64,000 nt of DNA from an uncultured delta proteobacterium (GCA_963771175.1 CAVYSY010000026.1:1-64000), one strand, 5' to 3'; counted from the stretch's first letter, positions 32,670-43,749 are shown. Made by a program: numbers and translations. The notes: generated by a model from the sequence alone, not told the origin.

Positions 32670-33887
32670 TCATCGCACCTGGAGCAGGAGCCCGGTCAGG
32701 CCCGCCCCGGCGATGACCAGCGGTACGAGGAATTTCGAGTTCCACCGGAAGAGCACCCCGAGGGCCACGGCGAAGATGGCCACCGTGGGGAGGCCGGTGA
32801 GTCCGGCGCGCAGCAGACCCACCGTGGTCGCGGCGATGAGTCCCACCACGCCCGCCGTCACCCCGTCGAGGAAGAACCGGAAGCGCGGGTGGTGCAGCAC
32901 CCGTTCGAAGAAGTCGTGGCCGAGCAGCGAGAAGGCGAAGGCCGGGAAGAAGATGCCCGCCGTCAGCACCAGCGCCCCGGGCAGCCCCCCGCCCAGGTAG
33001 CCCACGAAGGTGGAGAAGATGATGAGCGGCGCGGGAATGAGCCCCGAGAGCGCGAGCCCATCGAGGAACTGCGCGTTGGTCATCCACGCGCCCGTCACCA
33101 CCGCGTCCCGCTGGATGAAGGGAATGGCGGTATAGGCCCCGCCGAAGGTGAGCAGCCCGCCGCGCAGGCCCGACACCAGCAGGGTCAGGAGCGAGGGGCG
33201 TTCCTGGGCGACGCCCTGCCCCACCTCCGCGCCTCCCGCCCCCATGGGAGCGAAGCCGTGGAGGACCAGGAGGACGACCGCGGCCACCGCGCCAGCCCCG
33301 ATGAGCGCCATGGCGGGCAGCCGCAGACCCTTCTTCGCCAGCATGACGATGAGGCCCGCGGCCACGAGCGAGAAGCCGAAGTGCACCCCCGCCCCCTGCG
33401 CGAGCGCGGCGAGCACGGCCACCGCCCACAACCAGCGGTCCAAAAGGATGTGCTGCCCGATGCGCACCACCGCGCGGACGATGAGCGCCGCCACCGCCGA
33501 CTGGACGGCACCGAACACGGCCACCCACCGTGGCGAGCCCAGACCGTAACGGAGGTAGAGCCACGAGAGGCCGAGCATCAGGACGAAGCCCGGCAGCATG
33601 AACCCGAGCCCCGCCAGCAGGCCGCCCACCCGGCCGCGCGAGAGCATCCCGAAGTAGACGCACAACTCGTGCGCCTCGGGGCCCGGCAGCACCTGGTACA
33701 CCGCGAGCGCCCGGTTGAAGTGCTCGCGCGTCACCCACTTCTCCTTCTCGACCAGGTCGTGGCGGATCATCGCGATCTGCGCCACCGGCCCTCCCCAGGC
33801 GAGCAAGCCGAAGTGGAGGAAGCGCAGGAAGAGACGCCCCAGCGGCTCGCGGGGGACCGCCACCTGCTCGCCACTCTCCGCCGCCAC
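32670..33887 (-). CDS. chrA: Chromate efflux transporter
   Basis: AWGGPVAQIAM, QVLPGPEA, LLTFGGAY, QFLDGLAL. Confidence 0.9.
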   Translation of the reverse strand: MAAESGEQVAVPREPLGRLFLRFLHFGLLAWGGPVAQIAMIRHDLVEKEKWVTREHFNRALAVYQVLPGPEAHELCVYFGMLSRGRVGGLLAGLGFMLPGFVLMLGLSWLYLRYGLGSPRWVAVFGAVQSAVAALIVRAVVRIGQHILLDRWLWAVAVLAALAQGAGVHFGFSLVAAGLIVMLAKKGLRLPAMALIGAGAVAAVVLLVLHGFAPMGAGGAEVGQGVAQERPSLLTLLVSGLRGGLLTFGGAYTAIPFIQRDAVVTGAWMTNAQFLDGLALSGLIPAPLIIFSTFVGYLGGGLPGALVLTAGIFFPAFAFSLLGHDFFERVLHHPRFRFFLDGVTAGVVGLIAATTVGLLRAGLTGLPTVAIFAVALGVLFRWNSKFLVPLVIAGAGLTGLLLQVR

Positions 33888-34016
33888 ACTGCCCTCTCCG
33901 TTCGTCGTCGAGCCCGTCACGGAGGGGACGCAAACACCCGGAGACGTGCCCGGTCCAGCATTTCCGGGCTCCAAATCAACGTGCAGCGCACGGAGGGTCC
34001 GTACTTGGACCTCCCC

Positions 34017-37000
34017 TCAACCGCCCGCGGGCGCCTTCTCGGGTGGCCGGCCGAAGAGCCGGAAGAGCACCGGCACCACCAGCATGTTGAGGAAGGTGGA
34101 GGAGAGCAGCCCGCCCGAGGATGACCACGCCCATGGGCGCCTGGATCTCGTTGCCCGGCTCGTCGCCCGGCGAGCACCAGCGGCACCAGCGCCAGCCCCG
34201 CGCGACAGCGCCGTCATCAGGATGGGCGCGAGCCGCTCCAGCGAGCCCTGCACCACCGCCTCGGGCAGGCTCTTCCCCTCCTGCGCCATCAGGTGCTCGA
34301 AGTGGCTCACCATCATGATGCCGTTGCGCGTGGCGATGCCGAACAGGGTGATGAAGCCCACCAGCGAGGCGACGCTCACCACGCCCGAGGTGAGCGCCAC
34401 CGCCAGCACGCCGCCGATGAGCGCCAGCGGCAGGTTGATGAGCGTGAGCAGCGCGTTGCGCACCGAGCCGAAGGCCACCACCAGCAGCAGGAAGATGCCC
34501 ACCACCACCACCACGCGTGAGCAGCGCGATGGTGCGGGTGGCCTCCTCGGCGCTCTCGAACTGGCCGCCGTAGACGACGTAGTAGCCCTCGGGCAGCGGC
34601 ACCTCGCTGGCCGATGCGCGTCTTCAGGTCCTCCACCACCGCGGACAGGTCCCGCCCCGCCACGTTGGCCTGCACCACCATCTTGCGCTGCACGTCCTCG
34701 CGGCTGATGGTGTTGGGGCCCGTCTCGCGCGACGAGCGTCGCCAGCATCTTCAGCGGGATGCGCGGCCCCGCCGGCGTGTCGATGGGCGTGGACGCGATG
34801 CGCCTCCAGGTCCGCCCGCGAGGCGTCGTCCAGCCGCACCACCAGCTCCACCGTGCGCTGCCCCTCCAGCACCGTGCCCACCGTCTCCCCGGCGAAGGCG
34901 CGCTCCACCGCCTCGGCCACCTCGCCCGTGGTGAGCCCGTAGCGCGCCACCGCGTCCCGGTCCGTGCGGATCTCCAGCTCCGGGATGTCCACCTGCTGCT
35001 CGATGGCCACGTCCACCGCGCCCGGCGTCCCCTCGGCGACCTTCTTCACCTGCTCGGCCAGCGCGCGCAGCTTGTCCAGGTCGTCGCCGAAGAGCTTCAG
35101 CGCGATGTTGGCGCGCGTGCCCGACAGCATGTGGTCGATGCGGTGGCGAGAGCGGCTGGCCGATGGTGACCACCGCGCCCGGGCACCTGCGCCAGCGCCT
35201 GGCGCAGCGCCGCGAGCAGCTCCTCCTTGCTGCGCTCGCCCTTCGAGAAGTCCAGGCCGCACGTCGAGCTCCGCCGCGTTCACGTCCTGGGCGTGCTCGT
35301 CCAGCTCGGCGCGGCCCGTGCGTCGGGAGGTGGACGACCACCTCGGGGAAGGCGAGCAGCGCCTGCTCCACCCGCCGGCCCAGCCGGTCCGACTCCTCCA
35401 GCGAGGTGCCCGGCAGGGTGACGACGTTGAGGGTGAGCGTGCCCTCGTTGAACTCGGGCAGGAAGGAGCGCCCCAGGAACGGGACGACGCGCCAGCGCGC
35501 GCCACCAGCGCCAGCGCCGCGCCCGCCGAGCACCGCCCGCGGCCGCGCCAGCGCCCAGCCGCAGCAGCGGCTCGTAGCGCGCCTTCAGCCAGCGCAGCAG
35601 CCGGCCCCTCCTCCGCGCCCAGCGCCTTGGCCCGCGGCAGCAGGTACGCGCAGAGCGCCGGCGTCAGCGTCACCGCCACGAGCAGCGAGGCGGCGATGGC
35701 CACGATGTAGGCCAGCCCCAGCGGCGCGAGCATCCGCCCCTCCAGCCCCGACAGGAAGAAGAGCGGGAGGAAGACCAGGATGATGATGAGGGTGGCGAAG
35801 ACGATGGAGGTGCGCACCTCCACGCGAGGCCCGGTAGATGACCTCGAGTGGCCGGCAGGCGCTGGTCCTCCGGCAGGTGCGCGTTCTCCCTCAGGCGCCG
35901 GAAGACGTTCTCCACGTCGATGATGGCGTCGTCCACCAGCGCGCCGATGGCGATCGTCAGCCCGCCGATGGTCATCGTGTTGAGCGTGACGCCCGAACGC
36001 CTTGAGCACCAGCACCGCCACCACCAGCGACAGGGGGATGGCCGCCAGCGAGATGAGCGTGGCGCGCAGGTTCATCAGGAAGACGCAGCAGGATGATCGG
36101 CCACGAGGATGGCGCCGTCCCGCAGCGCCACCGACACGTTGCTCACCGCCACCGAGATGAAGTCCGACTGCCGGAAGATGTGCCGGTCGACCGTCAGCCC
36201 CTGCGGGCAGCGTGGGCTGGAGCTCGTCCAGCACCGCGTCCAGCCGCTGCGTGAGCTCCAGCGTGTTGGCGTCCGGCTGCTTCATCACCGCGAGGATGAC
36301 GGCCGGGCTCGCCGTTGGCGCTGCCCTCGCCGCGCTTGAGCTTGCGGCCCCACCCGCACGTCCGCCACCTGCCCCACCGTGATGGGCTGGCCCCCGCGCA
36401 CCGTCACCACCGTGTTGGCCAGGTCCTCCACGCTCCGCGCGCGCCCCACCGCGCGCAGCAGGTACTCCTGGCCCCCCTCCACGTAGAAGCCGCCCGAGGC
36501 GTTCTGGTTCGTCGTCCGCAGCGCGTGCGCCACCTGCTCGAAGCTGACGTCGAGCGCCTGCAGCGCCTCGGGCCGCAGCAGCACCTGGTACTGCTTCACG
36601 CCGCCGCCGATGGGCACCACCTGGGAGACGCCCGGCACGGACAGCAGCCGCTTGCGCAGCACCCAGTCCGCCACGCCGCGCGCCTCCATCATCTGCGCCT
36701 CGCGGCCCGCCGCGTCCGGCGCCAGCGCGCTTCGGTCCCAGGCGACGGAGAGGAAGAGGATCTCCCCCATCACCGAGGAGATGGGCGCCATCGTCGGCGG
36801 CGGCACGTCCGGCGGGAGCTGCGCGGCCACCAGCTGCAGCTTCTCGTTCACGACCTGCCGGGCGACGTAGATGTCCGTGCCCCAGTCGAACTCCACCCAG
36901 ACGATGGAGATGCCCACGCCCGAGGCCGAGCGCACCCGGCGCACGCCGGTGGCGCCGTTCACCGCCGTCTCGATGGGGAAGGTGACGAGCGTCTCCACCT

Positions 37001-37175
37001 CCTCGGGCGCCAGCCCGTGCGCCTCGGTGAGGACGGTGACGGTGGGCGCGGTGAGGTCCGGGAAGACGTCCACCGGCATCTGCCGCGCGGTGTCCAGCCC
37101 GAGCACGAGCAGCAGGAGCGAGGCGGCGACGACCAGCAGTCGGTTGTCGATGGACCAGCGAATGAGGCGGTTCAT
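34017..37175 (-). CDS. Heavy-metal RND efflux permease (CzcA/CusA family), many frameshifts
   Basis: [67 protein letters not shown]. Confidence 0.88.
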
Positions 37176-37193
37176 GCGTGCGTTCCCCCGCCC

Positions 37194-38828
37194 TCAGTGC
37201 GTGTGGCCGTGCTCGGGGATGGCGCCCGTCGCGGTGGACAGCTTGATCTCGTAGGCGCCGCGCGAGACGACGCGCTCGCCCTCCTTCACGCCCTCCAGCA
37301 CCTGCACGTAGCCTCCGGAGCGCACGCCCGTGCGCACGGCCCGCTTGAAGAAGGACTCGCCCCCCTCCATGACGAAGACGGTGGGCTTGCCGTTGTCGTC
37401 CACGAGGGCGGACTCGGGAATGGCCACCCCGCGCACCGTCTCGCCCGGTGAAGAGCGTCACCTTGGCGAACATCCCCGGCTTGAGCGCGCCGTCGGGGTT
37501 GGGCAGCTCGAAGATGACCGGCACGGTGCGCGTGGCCCGGTCCACCACCGCGCCCACCGCGACCCGCCGGCCGCGTCTTCTCGTCCACCGATGAACTCCT
37601 GCTCGAAGCCGGCCACCGTGAAGCTCGCCCCCGGCGAGCGCTCGCACCCGCGGCGCGTCCGCCTCGTACACCTGCGCCTCCAGCCACAGCCGCTCGGCGT
37701 TGACGACCGAGACGAGCCGCGCGCCCGCCTCCACCACCGCGCCCGGGCATCACGTCCGCGAAGGACACCACGCCGTCCACGGGCGAGCGCAGCTCGAAGG
37801 CCGCCCCGCCGCTGCCCTCGCCGCTCCACTCTGGGTGCCGCGGTAGAGTCGCGCGCTGGCGCTCGGCCGCCGACACCCGCGCCGCCGCCACCTCGCGGGC
37901 CACCCGCGCCTCGTCGAGCTGCTTCTCGGGAATGGCCTCGCGCCGCGAGCAGCTCCTCGGCCCGCTTGACCTCGCGCTCGGCCAGCCCCAGCTCGGCCCG
38001 GGCCCGGCTCACCTCCAGCTCCACCGAGGCCAGGTCCGTGCCGCTGCCACCGGTGGTGGGCGACCAGCCGCACGAGCACCTCGCCCTTCTTCACCGGCTG
38101 GCCCAGGTACGGCACCGGGCCCGCCCACGGGGATGCGCCCGGCCACCGGCGCGGACAGCTCCGCGGCCTGCCCGGCCACCGGCTTGAGCTCACCGTTGGC
38201 GCGCGACGCCGCCCTGCAGCACGCGCACCTCGGCCGGCGCCGTCGCGTACCGCGTCTTCCACTGCTGCTCCTTGAGGAAGGGAACGGTGGCCTCGCCCCC
38301 CTCCTCCGGCGGTGCCGCGGCAATGGCCGCCTCCATCGTGGGGTACACGGTGCACCTTGCCCGCCTCCACCGTGCCCGACGACCTGCTCGCCCTCCAGCA
38401 CCAGCGTGAGCGTGGCCTCGCCCGCCCGCGTGGGCGTCACCACCGGCTTGAAGATGCCGTCGCGCAGCAGCTTGTCCGCCACGAAGCGCTCCTCCGTGCC
38501 GTCCGCGTGGCGCAGCGTCGCGGTGACCCGGCCCTTCGTCACCACCTGGAAGCCCTCCGGGTTGCCGCGCATCGGTGAAGTGCGCCACCAGCGGCGAGGG
38601 CTGCCCCACCACGAGCGCGGGGTACTCCATGAAGAGCTCCAGCCCGCTCTGGTAGACGGTGACGGACAGGCCCGGGCGCTCCGGCTCCGCGGAGGCCGAG
38701 CCCCCGTGCTCGTGGCCCTGTTCCTGGCCGTGCGAGTGCGCGCCCTCGCCCTCGTGGGAGGACCCGCGCTGCTTGCAGGCGCCCAGGAGGCACGCGAGGA
38801 CGAGAAGGGAGAGGCAGGAACGGTTCAT
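37194..38828 (-). CDS. RND membrane fusion protein (CzcB-like), His-rich termini, many frameshifts
   Basis: Lipobox LLGAC, His-rich N-terminus, ELFMEYPALVVG, LKPGMF, GERVVSRGAY, C-terminal HGHTH. Confidence 0.8.
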
Positions 38829-40105
38829 CGTGGGGTGCTCCGCGGCTCGACGCCCACCGGGGCGCCCGCGAGAAGAAGGAGATCCGCTTCCGCCTCGATG
38901 GCGGCGACGGAGAGTTCGACGGCCGCCAGCCGCGCCTCACGGGAGGCACGCTCGGCATCCACCAGATCGAGCAGGTCCGCGTTCCCCCCCCGGTAGGCGG
39001 CCTCGGCGACACGGCGCAGTTCCTCGGTGCGCTCGAGCACGGTGGCACGGTGACGTGCCAGTCGCTCCCTGCGTCCCGTCACCTCGTCGTAGGCGGCGGC
39101 GAGGTGGATGCGCGCGGAGTGCAGGAGGGCGGCGCGTCGTGACTCGGCGAGCACGCGGCGCGCCTCCGCCCGGGCCGCCTCGCCCTGACCGTGCTGGAAG
39201 ATGGGCAGGGGCAGCGCGAGCCCCACCACGTAGCCCGCCGCGTCCCGCTGGCCCACATCGATGAGCTTCGCGCCCGCGTTGACGGTGGGCTCGGGAATCC
39301 AGCTCCGCGCCGCCGCCCGGCGGGCCAGCTCCGCGCTCCGCGCCTCCAGCTCCAACGCCCGAACATCCGGCCTGGCTTCGAGCGCAGACAGCACCTCCTC
39401 CCGAGGAGGCAGCGGTCGCTCCGCCCTCGAAGCCCCCTGGAGCGACGGCAGCGGCCCGGAGCCCGGCGGGAGCAGGCGCAGCGCCTCGGCCTTCTGCTTC
39501 CGCTCGTCCAGCGCCGCGCCGAGCAGCAGATCCTCCACCGTCGCCGCCTCGATGGAGACGCGCAAATGATGGTACCCCGCGACCTCGCCCGCCTTCTCCC
39601 GGGCCGCGATGGCCGACTCCAGGCGCCGCAGGGCCGAGAGCGAATCCTCGAGGATGGCCCGGCGAGCCTGGGCCCCGAGCGCCGACGAGAAAGCCCGCGT
39701 CGCCTCGTTCCACAGCTTCAGGCGGGCGAAGTCCCGGCGCGCCTCGGCGGCCCGTGCCCCCTGCCCGGCGGACTCCGCCGCCAGCCGCAGCCGACCGGAG
39801 AGCACCAGCGGCATCGCGGCCGTCACGATGTCCTGCGTCTCTCTCTCGCCACCTTCGAGGCCAACAGTCTCGCGCTGCCACTCGAGGACGGGGTTGGACC
39901 AACGTCCGACCCCCACGGCTTCGGCCCGGCCCAGCGCGGCCTCCCCCTCGGCCACCCGCGCGTCGAGGCCCGCGGCGAGCACCCGCTCCACATACTCCTG
40001 CTCGGTGAGCGCGGGCTGCGCGGAAGCCCCGACGGAGGCCAGCAGCAGGAGGCAGGTACTACTACTGATAGTAGCCAGCGACAGGAGCCGTCCCGGAGCG
40101 CGCAC
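38825..40105 (-). CDS. TolC-family outer membrane factor (CzcC-like)
   Basis: Signal peptide, NPVLEW, LPLPIFQHGQG, AYRGGNADLLDLVDAER. Confidence 0.85.
   Translation of the reverse strand: MRAPGRLLSLATISSSTCLLLLASVGASAQPALTEQEYVERVLAAGLDARVAEGEAALGRAEAVGVGRWSNPVLEWQRETVGLEGGERETQDIVTAAMPLVLSGRLRLAAESAGQGARAAEARRDFARLKLWNEATRAFSSALGAQARRAILEDSLSALRRLESAIAAREKAGEVAGYHHLRVSIEAATVEDLLLGAALDERKQKAEALRLLPPGSGPLPSLQGASRAERPLPPREEVLSALEARPDVRALELEARSAELARRAAARSWIPEPTVNAGAKLIDVGQRDAAGYVVGLALPLPIFQHGQGEAARAEARRVLAESRRAALLHSARIHLAAAYDEVTGRRERLARHRATVLERTEELRRVAEAAYRGGNADLLDLVDAERASREARLAAVELSVAAIEAEADLLLLAGAPVGVEPRSTPR
40057..40074. promoter_or_regulatory. Candidate BlaI-family operator 2 in the 5' end of the czcC-like gene
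   Basis: TACTAC-TACTG-ATAGTAG; same half-sites and 5-nt spacer as 41525-41543. Confidence 0.6.
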
Positions 40106-40119
40106 GAGGGAGCCTCGGT

Positions 40120-41112
40120 TCAGAAGAGTTGGTGGAGGAACGTCTCCACCACATGGTGGAGGAAGTCGGCATGAGCGAGTGCCAGGAAGAGCCCCGCGGC
40201 CCCCGTAATACCGGTGACCACCAGGGCGCGCGCGGAGGCCGAGGCCCGTCCGCCCCCCTCGAGCAGGAGCCGGACGCGGCGCTCCAGGGCCAGCTCGCCA
40301 AAAGCCGGTGCGCCCCCGGTCACATGCACCGCCCGCTGCCGCAGGCGCGCGACCTTGACCAGGGCCTCGGCCACGAGGCCCCCATCCCCCACCCGGCGCG
40401 CGGCCACCGCGTCACAGGCCTCCTCCGCGGCCACCCTCCAGGTCTCGAGGAGGTAGCGGGCCAGGAAGGGCGGCCCCCACAGCCCGGCCACCGCGAGCAG
40501 CATCCCAGCCAGCGGATCCCTCCGGTGGAGGTGGGCCGCCTCGTGAGCCAGGGCCGAGCGCAGCTCCCGCGGGGAGAGCGCCTCGGACAGGCTGGCCGAC
40601 AGGAGGATGCGCCGGCGCAGGAGTCCGGTGGCGTGACACAGGTTCGGCGCGCCGGGGAGGACGATGATGGGGAACTCGCCCGGACGCCGGGTGCCGAGCC
40701 GCTCCAGGGCGGACAGCCGCGCGCCCAGCGTCGCGGAGCTCCAGGCGAGCGCACCCGCCCGGTAGAGGAACAGGGCGAGCCAGACCGCGCCCACCATGGC
40801 CAGCACGGGACGCGGAGCGCCGGCATGCACCACGCACAGGTGGAGGTGTTGCCCATGATGGAAGCAGTGGTCCTCCGCCAGTCCGAGCACTCCGGCGACA
40901 GAGGGAGCCGCCGTGGCGACCAGCACCGCCAGGGAGATGCCCGAGGGCAACATTCCGAGCAGGAAGGTCAGGTCCGCCCGCAGCGCCGGGGAGAGCCTCG
41001 GGACCAGGCTCATCGAGGAGCGGGCGACGAGCACCGTGAGGAGCGAGACCCCTGTCGAGACGAGGGCCCCCACCGCGACCCACTCCAGAAGGAAGGCGAG
41101 GAGGCTCATCAC
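40120..41112 (-). CDS. M56-family (BlaR1-like) membrane metalloprotease without a penicillin-binding domain
   Basis: Three N-terminal TMs, DHCFHHGQHLHLCVVH loop, LAHEAAHL..RD, EEACD, LERRVRLL. Confidence 0.85.
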   Translation of the reverse strand: MMSLLAFLLEWVAVGALVSTGVSLLTVLVARSSMSLVPRLSPALRADLTFLLGMLPSGISLAVLVATAAPSVAGVLGLAEDHCFHHGQHLHLCVVHAGAPRPVLAMVGAVWLALFLYRAGALAWSSATLGARLSALERLGTRRPGEFPIIVLPGAPNLCHATGLLRRRILLSASLSEALSPRELRSALAHEAAHLHRRDPLAGMLLAVAGLWGPPFLARYLLETWRVAAEEACDAVAARRVGDGGLVAEALVKVARLRQRAVHVTGGAPAFGELALERRVRLLLEGGGRASASARALVVTGITGAAGLFLALAHADFLHHVVETFLHQLF

Positions 41113-41501
41113 CCGCGTCCCTTCCGCTGGGCGATGAGCTGGGCCAGCCGGTCGAGCAGCGACTCGTCGACCCGGGCCGCGGCGTCCACGAAGGCCGAGA
41201 GCGCGGCCTCCGTGTGCATCTGGAGGATCTCCTCGGCCAATCCGTCCGCGAGCGCCTTCTCGAACTCGGCCCGGCTCAGGGCGGGCGCATAGCGCCAGGC
41301 GACGCCATCCCGCTGGCGCACGAGCATCCCCTTGCGGTGGAGCCGGTCCATCGTGGTCATGATGGTGGTGTAGGCCCGCTCCTGGACGCCGGTCATCCGG
41401 TCACACACCTCGCGGGCCGTCACCGGAGCGCCCCGCTCCCAGACGACGTCCATCACGGCCGACTCCAGCGTGCCCAGCGGCTCCCACACCCGCTTAGTCA
41501 T
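41109..41501 (-). CDS. BlaI/MecI/CopY-family repressor
   Basis: LGTLESAVMDVVW, AYTTIMTTMDRLHRKGML.R, AFVD. Confidence 0.9.
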   Translation of the reverse strand: MTKRVWEPLGTLESAVMDVVWERGAPVTAREVCDRMTGVQERAYTTIMTTMDRLHRKGMLVRQRDGVAWRYAPALSRAEFEKALADGLAEEILQMHTEAALSAFVDAAARVDESLLDRLAQLIAQRKGRG

Positions 41502-41524
41502 ACTGCAGGTGTACTGTCCGCGCC

Positions 41525-41543
41525 CTACTATCGTCAATAGTAG
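41525..41543. promoter_or_regulatory. Candidate BlaI-family operator 1 in the divergent promoter
   Basis: Perfect inverted repeat CTACTAT-CGTCA-ATAGTAG containing a minus-strand TTGACG (-35-like). Confidence 0.75.
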
Positions 41544-41578
41544 CGAGTCGGCCGTTGCCCTCGCGCGAGGAGTCCACC

Positions 41579-42653
41579 ATGGCCATGCCGGCGGAGGTGA
41601 AGGGAGCGTTGATGGGGTTGGGAGCCGCCACGCTCTTCGGATTGAGCGCACCGCTCTCCAAGCTCCTGCTGCCCACGAGCGGCCCACTGGTGCTCGCCTC
41701 GCTCCTCTACCTGGGAGGAGGGCTCGGCCTGTCCCTCTTCGGTCTCCTGGCGGGGCTGCTGCGAGGGGGAAGCAACCCGTGCGAGAGGCCCGCCTGCGTG
41801 GAGGGGACGTGCCGCTGCTGGCCGGGATCATCCTCTGTGGCGGCATCCTCGGCCCGGTGCTGATGCTGGTGGGGCTCGGCCGGCTGTCGGGGATGGCGGC
41901 CTCCCTGCTGCTCAACCTGGAGGGGCCCTTCACCATCCTCCTGGCGCTGTTCGTCTTCGGCGAGCACCTGGGGCGCTCGGCGGCCCTGGCGGCCGGCCTC
42001 GTCCTCACGGGAGCGATGGTGCTGGGCATCCAGGCAGGCGAGGTGCGCGGGGACGTGCTCGGCGTGCTCTCACTGGCCGGCGCGTGCCTGGCCTGGGCCG
42101 TGGACAACAACCTCACCCAGCGGCTCTCCCTGAAGGATCCGGTCGTCCCTCGTGCGGGTGAAGGGGCTCGGAGCCGGTACGTGTACGCTCGCTCCTCGCG
42201 CTCCTCACCGGCCAGCACTTCCCCGCCCTCCCGGTGCTGGCCGCGGCACTCGTGCTGGGGTGCGCGAGCTACGGGGTGAGCATCGTGCTCGACACGTATG
42301 CCCTGCGCTACCTGGGCGCGGCACGCGAGGCGGCGTACTTCGCCACCGCGCCCTTCATCGGAGCCCTGGCGGCCATTCCCCTGCTGCACGAGCGGCTCGG
42401 GTGGATGGAGTCACTGGCGGGCGGATTGATGATAGCGGGCGTCGTCCTGCTCCTGCGCGAGCGTCATGCCCACGTCCACACCCACGGAGTGATGGAGCAC
42501 GAGCACCTGCACGTCCACGACGCGCACCACCAGCACGCGCACGAGGGCCCGGTCGCCGAGCCCCACAGCCACCCGCACCGGCACGAGCCCCTCACGCACG
42601 AGCACTCGCACGTGTCGGACGCACACCACCGTCACGAGCACGGCGAGGAGTGA
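41579..42653 (+). CDS. DMT/EamA transporter with His-rich C-terminal tail, frameshifts near 41770 and 42150-42230
   Basis: LFGLSAPLSKLLL, ASLLLNLEG, WAVDNNLTQR, GAAREAAYFATAPF, tail HAHVHTH..HEHLHVHDAHHQHAH.. Confidence 0.85.
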
Positions 42654-42656
42654 GCG

Positions 42657-43709
42657 CTAGCCGACAACCTCGATGCCGGGCCGGCCCTCGCCCACCTCGC
42701 CAATGAGGGCAACGAACACACCGGCCCGCTCCAGGGCACGGATGGCCTTGGCCGCGTCACGCGCCGGCACCGAGGCCAGCAGGCCCCCGTTGGTCTGCGC
42801 GTCGGCGAGCACCCACTGGATGTCCTCGGGCAGCCCCTTGGGGAAGCGCACCTTCTTGGCCACGTGGGCGAGGTTGGACTTCGTCCCGCCGGGCACCACG
42901 CCCTGCTGTGCCAGCGTCGGCACCTCCGAGATGATGGGGATGCGCTCCAGGTCCAGGAAGGCCTTCGCCTTGGCGCCCGTCATCATCTCCAGCAGGTGTC
43001 CCAGCAGGCCGTAACCCGTCACGTCCGTGAGGGCGTTCACCTTGAACTTGCCCGAGGCGAACACCTCGCCGGCCCGCTTGTTGAGCGCGGACATCAGCTC
43101 CACCACGCGCTCCGTCAGCTCCTCGGAGGCCAGCCCGCGCTTGATGGCCGTGGTGGCGATGCCCGAGCCCAGCGGCTTGGTCAGCAGCAGCACGTCGCCC
43201 GGCTTCGCCCCGGCGTTGGTCAGCACCTTCTTCGGGTGCACCTGACCCGTCACCGCCAGCCCGTACTTGGGCTCGGGGTCCTGCACCGAGTGCCCGCCCA
43301 GGATGGGGATGCCCGCCTCGTCCGCCTTCGACTGGCCGCCCGCGAGAATCTTCGACAGCACATCCATCGGCTGGTCCTTCGGGAAGCCGACCAGGTTGAG
43401 CGCGAACAGCGGCTTCGCGCCCATGGCGTAGATGTCCGACAGCGCATTCGCCGCCGCGATGGCCCCGAACTGGAACGGGTCGTCCACCACCGGTGGGAAG
43501 AAATCCACCGTGCTCACCAGCGCCATCCCCGGCGCCACGCGATACACGGCCGCATCATCGTTGGTGTTGAAGCCCACCAGCGCCCTCGTGTCCTTCGAAG
43601 TCTTCAATTGGCGCAGAACCTGCGCCAGGTCCGCGGCCCGGATCTTGGCCGCTCAACCCGCACAGTGCGCCAGCTCGGTGAGCCGGCGCGGCTTCTGCTC
43701 TTCGGACAC
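42657..43709 (-). CDS. selD: Selenophosphate synthetase, selenocysteine-containing (in-frame UGA at 43653-43655)
   Basis: RLTELAHCAG-TGA-AAKI continues in frame to DDAAVY, STVDFFPP, ANALSDIYAMG, DVTGYGLLGH, DAQTNGGLL. Confidence 0.93.
43610..43626 (-). promoter_or_regulatory. Putative bacterial SECIS hairpin
   Basis: GGCGCA-GGUUC-UGCGCC starting 26 nt after the UGA; similar to the fdhF SECIS apical GCAGGUCUGC. Confidence 0.65.
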
Positions 43710-43749
43710 GGTAGACCTCATGACTTCGGGTGACGGGTGTTGAAGGGAC

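Noticed and set aside
32600..42660. att-like direct repeats bounding the metal-resistance block
   Set aside because: No convincing repeat or mobility gene found by eye, so island status is inferred from gene content only
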